Source: Candidatus Obscuribacterales bacterium (lineage in GTDB: Bacteria > Cyanobacteriota > Vampirovibrionia > Obscuribacterales > Obscuribacteraceae). Taken from it: DNA of 64,000 nt. The notes under the pieces are model-generated. The model was given only the letters and a program-made list of their open reading frames with translations. It was not told the DNA's origin and did not search any database. The translations under genes and the position numbers were made by a program. The number at the start of each line of letters is the position of its first letter. The stretch's first letter is position 1. Positions 31,763 to 41,418 of the stretch are shown here, in pieces. Location of the stretch: positions 256,001 to 320,000 of the forward strand of contig CBDDIJ010000003.1 of assembly GCA_965228855.1 (NCBI GenBank). Direction: 5' to 3'.

Positions 31763-32533
31763 ATGTTAGACAAGCACTTAAATCCGGGGCAGTTTGAGGC
31801 GCTCAAGCCGATAGGGGAGATTAACATCCCGGCACTTGGCGGGCTAGGAAATTTCTCGACTCTCCACGTTGATACCCTCGCGAGCAGCTGGCTCTGCATG
31901 GGCATCATTCTTGTCGCAGCAGCAGCAATACGCCCCACCTTGAAAAGTGACGGACCTGGTGGCGCTGGACAGGCTATCGCAGAGGGTCTCTACAACTTTA
32001 TCGACGACCTCTGTCGCAATCAGATCGGTCATGACTACAAGAAATTCTTACCGTTGATTGCGGCGATATTTATTTTTGTGTTAATGGGCAATTTGTTCGG
32101 AATCTTTCCATGGGGAGCTTTCGTGCATATTCCTGGATGGCCGCATTTACCCAATGGCCATGAGCATTTCGAAGTTGCATCACCAACCACTGACATCAAC
32201 GTAACGCTGGGCTTGGCTGTGATTGCGGTCATCACTTACGTCTGGGCCGGCTTCCAAAAACACGGAATGCATTACGGGCAGATGTATTTCACGCCGCTGG
32301 GCATCATCGAATGGATGGACTTGATTATCCGTCCAGCCACACTGACACTGCGTCTTCTGCTCGTTATCACGGCAGACGAATTGACCAGAATGGTGGCATT
32401 GCTCCTCTTGCCATGGATCGTCGCGCCAGTCGCTGTCATGGGATTCGAGATTTTCATCGCGTTGTTGCAAGCCTTCGTATTTTCGTTGTTGACTTCGATT
32501 TACATTGGCTTGGCGGTCGCAGACCACCACTAA
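31763..32533 (+). CDS. atpB: F0F1 ATP synthase subunit a
   Basis: PTTDINVTLGLA, RPATLTLRL (conserved Arg) and LLQAFVFSLLTSIYI. Confidence 0.95.
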   Translation: MLDKHLNPGQFEALKPIGEINIPALGGLGNFSTLHVDTLASSWLCMGIILVAAAAIRPTLKSDGPGGAGQAIAEGLYNFIDDLCRNQIGHDYKKFLPLIAAIFIFVLMGNLFGIFPWGAFVHIPGWPHLPNGHEHFEVASPTTDINVTLGLAVIAVITYVWAGFQKHGMHYGQMYFTPLGIIEWMDLIIRPATLTLRLLLVITADELTRMVALLLLPWIVAPVAVMGFEIFIALLQAFVFSLLTSIYIGLAVADHH

Positions 32534-32693
32534 CGTACTGATATAATCTAAGGCGTTCTTTGAAGCGAACTGGCTTGAATTCTCGAATTTCGAAGGTTCG
32601 GTTAGTACAGTTTCATGTGGCAGCACACGCTAATTATTCGAATCGGTACAAAGAAAAGTTCGTAGGTTAGCTAGTTAGTCGAGGGAGAAAAAA

Positions 32694-32990
32694 GTGGACC
32701 ACCAATTAATTGCCCAAGCAGGTACAGTTGCAGCTGATCCAGCTCAAATGGAAGTGATGATCAAAGTCGCTTCGAGAATCGGCGCAGGTATCGCCGCAGT
32801 TGGCGTTTTCGGTCCTGGAATCGGAATCGGAATCGCAGCATCGAAAGCACTCGAAGGTATGGCACGCCAACCTGAAATGACTGGTAAGCTCCTTGCAAAC
32901 GGCATCATCTTCGCCGCTTTGATGGAAGCTCTCGGTCTGTTCGCTTTCGTCGTAGCAGTTCTTCTTTACTTGTTCCCGCTCGGTTTCTAA
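32694..32990 (+). CDS. atpE: F0F1 ATP synthase subunit c (H+ type)
   Basis: GPGIGIG, ARQPE and ALMEAL; lacks the Q...ES/T Na+ signature. Confidence 0.95.
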   Translation: MDHQLIAQAGTVAADPAQMEVMIKVASRIGAGIAAVGVFGPGIGIGIAASKALEGMARQPEMTGKLLANGIIFAALMEALGLFAFVVAVLLYLFPLGF

Positions 32991-33100
32991 AAATCAAACC
33001 GAAGACCTGCATGAGCGATTTTGCATTGCTCATGCAGGGAGTTAGACAGGATCGCGAGCACAACTTGCGAGAAAAATACTGACGGAATCCGTAAGAAGAA

Positions 33101-33580
33101 ATGCTTTTTCCAAACGCAACAATCATAGTGTTCATAATCAGCTTCTTGATCTTCATGATGCTCTTGAACGAGATCTTCTTGAAACCAGTTGGAGAAGCAA
33201 TCGAGGCTCGCAATCGTAAGATCGCGGCTGGTCTCGAAGCAAGCAAAGGATCTCGCGATGAGATTCGAGCTCTCACCGATGAATACGAAAAACGTCTCGC
33301 TGCCACTCGCGAAGAAGCGCAAACCGTCATCAGCACTGCTGTGACGTCCGCGCAGACTGTTCGCAACAAAGAGCTGGGAGCTATGAAAGATCGTGCTCGT
33401 AAACGTCTTGATGAGTCACGAGAACAACTGCAGTCTGAAAAGACCGTTCTCATCGATAACCTTGTCACCGAAGAAGCGCAGCTGGTGTCGCAAATCGTCG
33501 GTAAGGTCCTGAACGACCCGAGTAAATCGGTCGAAGTCAATTCGCAATCGGTTAAACAAGCACTGGAGGGAGCAGTCTGA
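33101..33580 (+). CDS. atpF2: F0F1 ATP synthase subunit b'
   Basis: NATII..ISFLIFM.LLN.IFLKPV...I..R followed by coiled coil. Confidence 0.88.
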   Translation: MLFPNATIIVFIISFLIFMMLLNEIFLKPVGEAIEARNRKIAAGLEASKGSRDEIRALTDEYEKRLAATREEAQTVISTAVTSAQTVRNKELGAMKDRARKRLDESREQLQSEKTVLIDNLVTEEAQLVSQIVGKVLNDPSKSVEVNSQSVKQALEGAV

Positions 33581-34161
33581 TGTTCTTCTTTGCCACAGAA
33601 ACAGCTCACCACCAGATGGGTCTCATAGATGTCATCCTGGATTGGAAACTCAATGTAATCAACTGGTTATTGTTGGTTGCATTTCTTGTTTATGGATGGA
33701 ACAAATTGGTTCCACCGAAACTGGCTCAGAGAGAGCAATCAATTAACGAGGCTCTGACTGTTGCCGAGCGTTCCAAACAAGAAGCTGACGCTCTTCTTGC
33801 TGAACAGAAGGACAGACTCGCTGACGCTGAGAAAGAAAGAGAGAAAATCGTCGACGAAGCCAAGGCAGTCGCAAAGCAACTGCAAGCAGATATCGAGTCT
33901 CAAACCAAGCGTGAAGTAGCGGATCTCGAGAAGAAAATGGAATCGGCGATTGCCAACGAAAGGCAGTTGATCATTACCGAAGTTCGCACTGCCGCAGTCA
34001 AAGCTGCGATGCAACTTTCCAGGCATCATCTCGAACAAAGCGTCACGGAAGCGGACAACAAGCGCTTGCTCACGCAATTTATGCAAGAGCTCGACAGCTT
34101 GGATAGCGGAAAATCGTATCCTCCGGGCACCGCAGTTGGTGCGACCGGAAGAAGCGAATAA
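33580..34161 (+). CDS. atpF: F0F1 ATP synthase subunit b
   Basis: LNVINWLLLV TM followed by coiled coil; position in the operon. Confidence 0.9.
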   Translation: MFFFATETAHHQMGLIDVILDWKLNVINWLLLVAFLVYGWNKLVPPKLAQREQSINEALTVAERSKQEADALLAEQKDRLADAEKEREKIVDEAKAVAKQLQADIESQTKREVADLEKKMESAIANERQLIITEVRTAAVKAAMQLSRHHLEQSVTEADNKRLLTQFMQELDSLDSGKSYPPGTAVGATGRSE

Positions 34162-34185
34162 TTTAGTCGGAGGCACTGTAACTAA

Positions 34186-34737
34186 ATGAAGGGTGAGTTG
34201 GCAGCAGTCGCAGCACAGTATGCAGAAGCAGTACTGGAACTCGCGGAGCAAGCTGGTCAGGGAGCTGACGAAAAGGTTCTCGACGATCTTAAACTTATAA
34301 ATGCAGTGCTCGAACAAACTCCTGATCTCGTGGTGATCTTGAATCATCCGGCGATTGACGGAGAGCAGAAATCCCAACTGCTTCTTAAATCATTCGAAGG
34401 CAAAATCAGTGAAACCACTCAGCGGATGCTGCGCCTGCTCGCAGACCGCCGCCGTCTGGATACGCTGAAGCCGCTGGAAGAAAAGTACGCAGAACTTTTG
34501 AGAGCCCGCAAAAATATCGTGAGCGCAAAACTCACAAGTTCAAAAGAGTTGAGCCAATCGGAAGTCGCCGATATCAAGGCAAGACTCACCGAACACCTCG
34601 GTAAGAAATTGGAACTTGAAGTCGAAGTCGACAAAAGTCTTTTGGGCGGAGTCGTTCTTCGTCTCGGAGACCAGGTTATAGACGGAAGCTTGAAAGGCAA
34701 ACTCGCAGTCATCGAAAAACAATTGACAGCGGTTTAA
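34186..34737 (+). CDS. atpH: F0F1 ATP synthase subunit delta
   Basis: AAQYAEAVLELA and VDKSLLGGVVLRLGDQVIDGS. Confidence 0.95.
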   Translation: MKGELAAVAAQYAEAVLELAEQAGQGADEKVLDDLKLINAVLEQTPDLVVILNHPAIDGEQKSQLLLKSFEGKISETTQRMLRLLADRRRLDTLKPLEEKYAELLRARKNIVSAKLTSSKELSQSEVADIKARLTEHLGKKLELEVEVDKSLLGGVVLRLGDQVIDGSLKGKLAVIEKQLTAV

Positions 34738-34819
34738 ACCGAAACAGTTTTTCAAACGCATCAGATATGGTGCAGTTTAAAGAGTAAGGACACCGAATAA
34801 CAGAGGTTAGGAAAACAAA

Positions 34820-36343
34820 ATGGCAATCAGACCCGACGAGATTACCTCGGTTTTGAAGTCACAACTGGAGCAGTACAAGTCGCAGCTCAACGTCAGCAAC
34901 GTCGGCAGCGTTCTCCAGGTAGGCGATGGTATCGCTCGTGTCTATGGCATGGAAAAAGCGATGTCGATGGAACTCGTTGAGTTCGCTGATCCGGACAAGA
35001 CCATGGGCATGGTTCTTAACCTTGAAGAAGATAACGTCGGTGTCGTTATCCTCGGTGAAGGTCGCAAAATTTATGAAGGCATGGAAGTAAAAACGACGGG
35101 TCGTATCGCTTCTATTCCCGTTGGTGAAGCCATGCTCGGCCGCGTCATCAACTCAATCGGAACACCGCTTGATGGTAAAGGACCGATTGCATCGACCGAG
35201 TTCTCACCGATGGAAATCATTGCTCCCGGTATCGTAAAACGTAAGTCGGTTCACGAACCACTGATGACCGGTCTTACTGCTATCGACGCCATGATCCCGA
35301 TTGGACGTGGTCAGCGCGAACTTATCATCGGCGACCGTCAGACAGGTAAAACTGCCATCGCCATCGATACGATTATCAACCAGAAGAATCAGCCTAACAG
35401 ACCGATTTGCATTTACGTCGCAATCGGACAAAAATCGTCGAACGTCGGTCGGATCCACAAGATTCTCGAAGACCACGGCGCCATGGAATACTCGGTTATC
35501 ATCCACGCCGCCGCGACCGATGCTCCGGCGCTGCAGTTCCTGGCACCATACGCCGGATGCGCAATCGGCGAGTACTTCATGAATAAAGGACAGCACGCTG
35601 TCGTTATCTTCGACGACTTGTCGAAGCATGCGCAAGCATACCGCGCTATGTCGCTGCTCCTCCGTCGTCCGCCAGGTCGTGAAGCGTTCCCTGGAGACGT
35701 ATTCTATCTGCACAGCCGCCTTCTCGAGCGTTCGGCTAAATTGTCCGATGCTCTGGGAGCTGGCTCCATGACCGCTCTTCCGATTGTTGAAACTCAAGCC
35801 GGCGACGTATCCGCATACATCCCGACCAACGTAATCTCAATCACAGACGGACAGATCTTCCTTGAAACCGACTTGTTCTACGCCGGTATCCGTCCTGCTA
35901 TCAACGCAGGTATCTCGGTATCCCGGGTAGGAGGCGCCGCGCAAACCAAAGCTATGAAAGCCGTAGCCGGTAAGCTTCGTCTCGACTTGGCGCAATTTAG
36001 AGAATTGGAATCGTTCGCTCAGTTCGCTTCCGACCTCGACAAAGCGACCCAAGATCAGATTCGCCGCGGGCAAAAACTGATGGAAGTTTTGAAACAGCCT
36101 CAGTTCCAACCGCTCAACCTCGCGGAACAAGTTTCGATCATCTACGCCGCTAACAACGGACTTCTCGATGATGTTGAAACCGGCAGCCTTCAGAAGTTCA
36201 AAGAAGAGTGGTTCAAGTATCTCGCTGCTCAGGCGAAAGATCTGTCTGCGAAGATCCTCACTGGCGACAAGCTCAGCGACGAAACAGAGAAAGAACTCAA
36301 AGAGCACGTCTCGAAGTTCAAGACCAATTTCTTCGTCAAATAG
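34820..36343 (+). CDS. atpA: F0F1 ATP synthase subunit alpha
   Basis: [14 protein letters not shown] and [21 protein letters not shown]. Confidence 0.99.
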   Translation: MAIRPDEITSVLKSQLEQYKSQLNVSNVGSVLQVGDGIARVYGMEKAMSMELVEFADPDKTMGMVLNLEEDNVGVVILGEGRKIYEGMEVKTTGRIASIPVGEAMLGRVINSIGTPLDGKGPIASTEFSPMEIIAPGIVKRKSVHEPLMTGLTAIDAMIPIGRGQRELIIGDRQTGKTAIAIDTIINQKNQPNRPICIYVAIGQKSSNVGRIHKILEDHGAMEYSVIIHAAATDAPALQFLAPYAGCAIGEYFMNKGQHAVVIFDDLSKHAQAYRAMSLLLRRPPGREAFPGDVFYLHSRLLERSAKLSDALGAGSMTALPIVETQAGDVSAYIPTNVISITDGQIFLETDLFYAGIRPAINAGISVSRVGGAAQTKAMKAVAGKLRLDLAQFRELESFAQFASDLDKATQDQIRRGQKLMEVLKQPQFQPLNLAEQVSIIYAANNGLLDDVETGSLQKFKEEWFKYLAAQAKDLSAKILTGDKLSDETEKELKEHVSKFKTNFFVK

Positions 36344-36406
36344 TTAAAGAACGATTCGTTCGGCCCGGCTCTCTGAGCCGGGTTTCCTGAGGTACTCAAG
36401 AATCAA

Positions 36407-37348
36407 ATGGCAAACCTGAAAGCTATTCGTGGACGGATTAAAAGCGTCAAGTCGACGCAGAAAATTACGAAAGCAATGCAAATGGTGGCAGCTGCTCGAG
36501 TGAGAAGAGCGCAGGCGAGAACCCTTGCGACACGCCCGTTTACGAAGAAAATTATTCAGATGCTTCAGCAAGTCGTGCATGAAGCGAATGCGGTCGACTT
36601 GCAAGACATTCCGTTGTTGCATAAGCGCGAGCATATCAAACGAGTTGCCTTAGTCGTAATCTCGTCAGACCGCGGACTGTGCGGCTCTTATAACACCAAC
36701 GTTTTCAAAGCAACCATCAAACGCATTCATCAGCTCAGAGCTGAAAACAAAGAAGTTGTTTTGATCACGATCGGTTTAAAGGCGACTGGATTCTTCAAGC
36801 GCATTAAAGAAGTAGAGAGAATCAAGACATACACGAACTTGCCTGCGATTCCTACTTTTGAGACTGCAAAGATGGTGGCAGATTATGCCAACCACCTCTA
36901 CGTTCACGGTAAACCTCCGGAATCCGATCACAAGCCGGACTACGACGCTCCAGCTGATTTGAGCCAACGCGTCGATCAAGTTGAAATCATTGGAACTCGT
37001 TTCTTGAACCTCGGCAAACAAGAAACCGCCGAGTCCCAATTCTTGCCTGTACAACTTCCTGAAGGCGTCGATCACTTCCCGATGAGCGCCGAAACAATCT
37101 TCGAACCTACTCTTACCGAGTTGATGGAAGAAGAATTGATTCCCAAGTACGTCGACAACGTAATTTATCAAGCAATGCTCGAAGCTTCGGCTTCGGAGCT
37201 CGCTGCACGTATGAATGCTATGAGTAATGCAACTTCGAAAGCTTCTGAGCTGATTCAGGAGCTTACCCTTGTTTACAACAAGGCGCGTCAGGGCGATATT
37301 ACGCAACAGCTCCTCGAGATTGTCGGCGGTGCCGAGGCTCTGAAGTAG
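36407..37348 (+). CDS. atpG: F0F1 ATP synthase subunit gamma
   Basis: KITKAMQMVAAA, SDRGLCGSYN, SELAARM.AM and NKARQ..ITQ.LLEIVGGA. Confidence 0.98.
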   Translation: MANLKAIRGRIKSVKSTQKITKAMQMVAAARVRRAQARTLATRPFTKKIIQMLQQVVHEANAVDLQDIPLLHKREHIKRVALVVISSDRGLCGSYNTNVFKATIKRIHQLRAENKEVVLITIGLKATGFFKRIKEVERIKTYTNLPAIPTFETAKMVADYANHLYVHGKPPESDHKPDYDAPADLSQRVDQVEIIGTRFLNLGKQETAESQFLPVQLPEGVDHFPMSAETIFEPTLTELMEEELIPKYVDNVIYQAMLEASASELAARMNAMSNATSKASELIQELTLVYNKARQGDITQQLLEIVGGAEALK

Positions 37349-37371
37349 CCTCGAAATTGACAGAACCATGT

Positions 37372-37410
37372 AAGGCGGGCGCTCCAAGATTGGGCGCCCG
37401 TTTCGCTTTT
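37372..37410 (+). terminator. Terminator of the atp operon
   Basis: AGGCGGGCGCTC-CAAGATT-GGGCGCCCGTTT followed by CGCTTTT. Confidence 0.75.
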
Positions 37411-37467
37411 AAGAATTTAGGTACGGGGCGATGAGATTAATGTGAGATCGAATAGATATGCTGTTAT

Positions 37468-37486
37468 GATAATGAAAACGATTATC
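37468..37486. promoter_or_regulatory. Fur-family box upstream of the tonB-like gene
   Basis: GATAATGAAAACGATTATC matches GATAATGATAATCATTATC at 16/19. Confidence 0.8.
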
Positions 37487-37497
37487 ATTCTTGCCTG

Positions 37498-38064
37498 GTG
37501 TTGGTATTTTCGATGACTTTACGTCTTTCGCTATGTCGTAATTTTGGAGCCGCTTTAGCCGCCGTCTTCGCACTTTCGATGGGCTATCCAGGCGACGTAT
37601 TTGCACAGGAAGCTAGTTCTGCGACTACAGATAGGATAGAAACGTCCGCTCGAACGGTCACTTTCGGAACAGCCGCAACTACGGTTTCGGAAACCAAAAC
37701 GCCCCTTGCTGAAAACCACGCAGAATCCAGGGAGACCCCGCCTGAGCCGAAGGGAAAGACGCTAGTTTTGAAGGGCGGGACCACCGATTCGTCAAGTTAT
37801 GAAGACGCTCTTGCTATCGAAGCGCCGCAGCCGGAACTGCCTGCAGAACACAACGAGCAAGGGATTAAAACCAGCTGCTGCGCGCGATTTACAATCGAGG
37901 AAAACGGCAAGTTCTCAGTGCGGCTGGTTTCATCAACCGGCTCCCAGGAAGTTGATGACTTGGCTCTGGCTACGCTCAGGCGCTGGAAGTTCAAACCCGC
38001 GCAGTTGAACGGAAAAGCCGTAAAGTCGAGCCGCAAGATCAAGATTGAATTTGAAATTGAGTAG
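37498..38064 (+). CDS. tonB: TonB C-terminal domain protein
   Basis: RFTIEENG.....LVSSTGSQEVDDLAL..LRRWKFKPA..NGKAV......IEF. Confidence 0.85.
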   Translation: MLVFSMTLRLSLCRNFGAALAAVFALSMGYPGDVFAQEASSATTDRIETSARTVTFGTAATTVSETKTPLAENHAESRETPPEPKGKTLVLKGGTTDSSSYEDALAIEAPQPELPAEHNEQGIKTSCCARFTIEENGKFSVRLVSSTGSQEVDDLALATLRRWKFKPAQLNGKAVKSSRKIKIEFEIE

Positions 38065-38295
38065 TTTTTAGTTCTGACTACTCTTCGATTGAGCTCATGA
38101 CGCCACGCAAGCGTTGCCTGAACGTGTAGGAAGCATCTGTGCTTCTGCGGTTTAGAAACTCGGCGAACTCGAATTGTTTTCGAAGCGAATTACCTTCCGC
38201 TGCGCTCCTGGATTCCAACACTCTAGTGGACGGTTTACAAGTGCAAATCCAGGATGCGAAGGGTTGATTTGCCCGGTTTTGTGTAATATCATTTT

Positions 38296-38314
38296 GGAAA
38301 TGAAAACGATTACC
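38296..38314. promoter_or_regulatory. Fur-family box upstream of the TonB-dependent receptor
   Basis: GGAAATGAAAACGATTACC (13/19 to consensus); shares the 14-mer AATGAAAACGATTA with the 37468 box. Confidence 0.7.
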
Positions 38315-38440
38315 ATTTTAAAACAGCCGCTAAAACGTCGAACTTTTGGCTGAAAGCAATAGCAGTCGTTTTCATACGGGAGTCGATATCTCTTATGCGG
38401 ATTATTTAAATTCGCTACCAACCTGGAATCCGAAGTACTT

Positions 38441-41137
38441 ATGAATAGTCGAGCAGTAGCAGTTCTGTTTGCAACCAGTTTGTTGATTCAACAACCTGCT
38501 CTGGCTCAGGATGACGGCAAGTTCAATTCGATTTTAAACTCAACATCCGGATCTACACTGGCACCAGCTTCGGTGGCAGGTGAGCAGACAAAACCGAAGC
38601 CCGCATCAATTACGGGTAAAATTACCGACCTTACTAAAGTCTCCCCCGTGCCCGGCGCCAGGCTGCTTCTGATCAAGGAAGGTGCTGAGCATGTTCGCAA
38701 GGAAGTTGATGTCGCCAATGATGGCACTTTTCGCGCCGACGATTTAGAAGCAGGGCGTTGGGAAGTTACGATCTCTGCGCCAAATATGCTTTCGCATACA
38801 AATACAATCGATCTGTCTTCCGGCGAAATTCGCAGCATGGATGTCGCGCTCGAAGAACTCGAAGCCGAAGACGTCATGCGGATTACAGGTAAGCGCTCGC
38901 TTGTTCATCCTGAACAAATTGGGAGCAGGACAAACGTCACGCATGACATTATTTATCAATACAAATCCGGAAACAGTCTCAAAGAATTGATTGAAACTAC
39001 ACCTGGAGTTGTAAACGATAGCTTCGGCAATATCATCGTTCGTGGTGAGCACAACGCCGTCAACTACGTCCTTGATGATGTGATTCTGCCGGAGGCTGCC
39101 GGCGTTCTACAACAGACCAGTTTCGTCACGCCGCGCTCGCTGCAATCATTCGCGATGGACATTGGTGGTTACAAGGCGTCGGATGGTGGCGGACCGCTTG
39201 GAGCGGTCGCCCGCATGAAGTCTCTGCCCGTAAGTGCGAAGCCGAGCCTGACCATTGGTCAGCAACTTGGTGGACCGATGCAGGGCAACATTTACTATAA
39301 TGCCAGTGGTGCTTTTAGCCAAGATGAAACTTCGAAACTGAACAAACTGCGATTTGAAACTTCCGGCTCGTTTCGCGGAGCCGCGCTCGGGCTGCCCCCT
39401 CCGACCAGAAATTTCAAGCATGATGCACGCGCCGACATCAACGTTCTATCGAAGCTCGAGTATCAATTGTCGGAGCGCGATAGGTTTCGTTTGACTCTAG
39501 GACTGAACCATTCGTGGCTGCAGGTGCCGACTTCCAGGCTGTCGTATCGTGCTGGCGTTCGAGCCAGCCAGTACGACGCGCAAGACTATTTGATCGCAAG
39601 TTACAAACACACCTTCGAAAAATGGTTTGACGAAGCCAATCTTCATTTGGTTAACGCTTTTTACTACGAAGGCTACAAAAGCCGAAACGTCTTCGATCCC
39701 GATCCTGTGATAAACGGAGGTCAGCCTCTATGGTCAATCGCGCCGGATGCGAGTCGGTTCAATTATGCGTTTAGCGCGCAGGGAAACATCATCAAGACGT
39801 ATCGGAACACACATCGTTTGGAGGCGGGTTTCCTCTCAGAGGCACGTCCTGTGAGAACGAACTTCAGCGCAACCTATTACAACGCAGACCCTTTCAATCC
39901 TGACGTTCCGTACGGCGCAATCATCAGTCCCTTTACAGGAACGACCGCTGGTCCGCAGTTCAGTCCCGGGACCGGCAAGGTAAAGGGTTTCCGCTACCTG
40001 CAGAGTGCATATTTCCAGGATACCTGGCGACCGACGACCGGAATTCTAAAAAGACTAACTCTTGATGCGGGTGTTCGTGCGGACGTGTACCATGGCGTGT
40101 TCGGCAACACGAACCGGGTCGCGCAGACTTTGCTGACGATTCCCGATATTCCGGCTTTTTCTTCGTTCCCATTCCAAACGCAAAAAGTTACCAACGCTCA
40201 GGCAAGCGGTCGCTATGGCGGGTCGTTCGTACTGACACCAAATACGGTGCTCCGAGGATCGTTCTCGAACCTATTTATGCCACCACCCGTAGATGTGTTC
40301 GCTGTTCCTCCGGATGTGAATTCGATTGTGAACGGTGTATTTACAGGCACGTTGCGTCCGATGCAAGCAACTCGCGGCTGTCTTGCTGATACCAGTATTG
40401 AGCAGCAAATCGGACCGCGGTTTATGACGCGTACAAACTTGTTCTACAAAAAGCTGAAGAACTACGGTGACTCAGGAGTCATCGGAAACAGTCCTCTGTA
40501 CAACCGTCAAACAATCACAGGCCAGGAAGCTTATGGCGTTGAAACCCGTGTTGAGTTGAAACCGACCCGCGACGGCTATGGCTTCAACGGTTTTATCTCC
40601 AACACTTGGCAGATTGCCCTTCTACGCGGTCAAAAAGGCGTTAACGGTGGCATCTATGATCAGGCTGAAGCGCTCATTGAGGACAAATATCCGGATCACG
40701 ACAGGCGAGAAACTCTCACCGCCGCTGGTGGCTTTACTTCTCGAAGAGGTTGGTGGGTATTAGCTGACTATAAGTTCATGACTGGTCTACAGGACGGTCG
40801 CGATCCTGAACTTTACGGACCTCATCCTAAGCGCACACCGTACCTGAACATTTTTGGTGTCAGCGGTGGCTATAAGGCGCCTGAGGCGTTCACCGCAAAA
40901 CATCGTTGGATGCCGGACACCATCGATGTGCGTTTGGAAAACTTGTTCAACAATCGCCTTCCGACAAACCTGGGAAGTCCGTTCCAAGGTACTCGTTTCT
41001 TGCAGCCGTTTAATTTCCTCATAGGCTGTTCCTGGCATATAGGCAAACAACAGTACCGATTGAGCCAGAACCCGAACACGCCGACGCAACCCAAGATTGC
41101 TCAGTTGGTCTCAGGGAAAACGCTGTCATCGCCTTAG
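38441..41137 (+). CDS. TonB-dependent outer-membrane receptor with an N-terminal carboxypeptidase-regulatory-like domain
   Basis: Signal peptide, ITGKITD...VPGA...G.F....L..G.W domain, plug TTPGV..D..G.I.VRG, barrel motifs YFQDTWR, LTLDAGVR and ENLFN. Confidence 0.85.
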   Translation: MNSRAVAVLFATSLLIQQPALAQDDGKFNSILNSTSGSTLAPASVAGEQTKPKPASITGKITDLTKVSPVPGARLLLIKEGAEHVRKEVDVANDGTFRADDLEAGRWEVTISAPNMLSHTNTIDLSSGEIRSMDVALEELEAEDVMRITGKRSLVHPEQIGSRTNVTHDIIYQYKSGNSLKELIETTPGVVNDSFGNIIVRGEHNAVNYVLDDVILPEAAGVLQQTSFVTPRSLQSFAMDIGGYKASDGGGPLGAVARMKSLPVSAKPSLTIGQQLGGPMQGNIYYNASGAFSQDETSKLNKLRFETSGSFRGAALGLPPPTRNFKHDARADINVLSKLEYQLSERDRFRLTLGLNHSWLQVPTSRLSYRAGVRASQYDAQDYLIASYKHTFEKWFDEANLHLVNAFYYEGYKSRNVFDPDPVINGGQPLWSIAPDASRFNYAFSAQGNIIKTYRNTHRLEAGFLSEARPVRTNFSATYYNADPFNPDVPYGAIISPFTGTTAGPQFSPGTGKVKGFRYLQSAYFQDTWRPTTGILKRLTLDAGVRADVYHGVFGNTNRVAQTLLTIPDIPAFSSFPFQTQKVTNAQASGRYGGSFVLTPNTVLRGSFSNLFMPPPVDVFAVPPDVNSIVNGVFTGTLRPMQATRGCLADTSIEQQIGPRFMTRTNLFYKKLKNYGDSGVIGNSPLYNRQTITGQEAYGVETRVELKPTRDGYGFNGFISNTWQIALLRGQKGVNGGIYDQAEALIEDKYPDHDRRETLTAAGGFTSRRGWWVLADYKFMTGLQDGRDPELYGPHPKRTPYLNIFGVSGGYKAPEAFTAKHRWMPDTIDVRLENLFNNRLPTNLGSPFQGTRFLQPFNFLIGCSWHIGKQQYRLSQNPNTPTQPKIAQLVSGKTLSSP

Positions 41138-41418
41138 GACGCTGTATGGCCTTGGCTAAGCTTAAGAACGCTGAAATGGTCGTGGATTACTAAGATTGAA
41201 ACGCCGCCGTGGTCGTGAGAATTAAGCTTCACCACATGTAGTGGCGCTGTGGAATACAGCGATGCCGCCTGAGTACTTTGGCGTCCAATAATTGCGGAGC
41301 AAGGTTTCTTTCAATCGTGTGATGTCTGATGTATATCTTCCCGTGCGGCTCGATCCTTGGGTTTTCATAAGGTTGGCAACCTCTTCTTAATAGACGCAGG
41401 TAAAGATATAATCAAGAG

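Noticed and set aside
32694..32990. Na+-translocating ATP synthase
   Set aside because: Subunit c lacks the Gln and ES/T Na+-binding signature.
32905..37387. Long antisense ORFs over the atp operon (and similar ones over fabF, smc and the 1022-aa ORF)
   Set aside because: Shadow ORFs opposite well-supported genes, with no motifs of their own.
41230..41245. NrdR-box-like CACCACATGTAGTGG, and CTTATATATAGG near 11351 upstream of dut
   Set aside because: Single imperfect matches; NrdR boxes usually occur in tandem, and the first precedes an unrelated gene.
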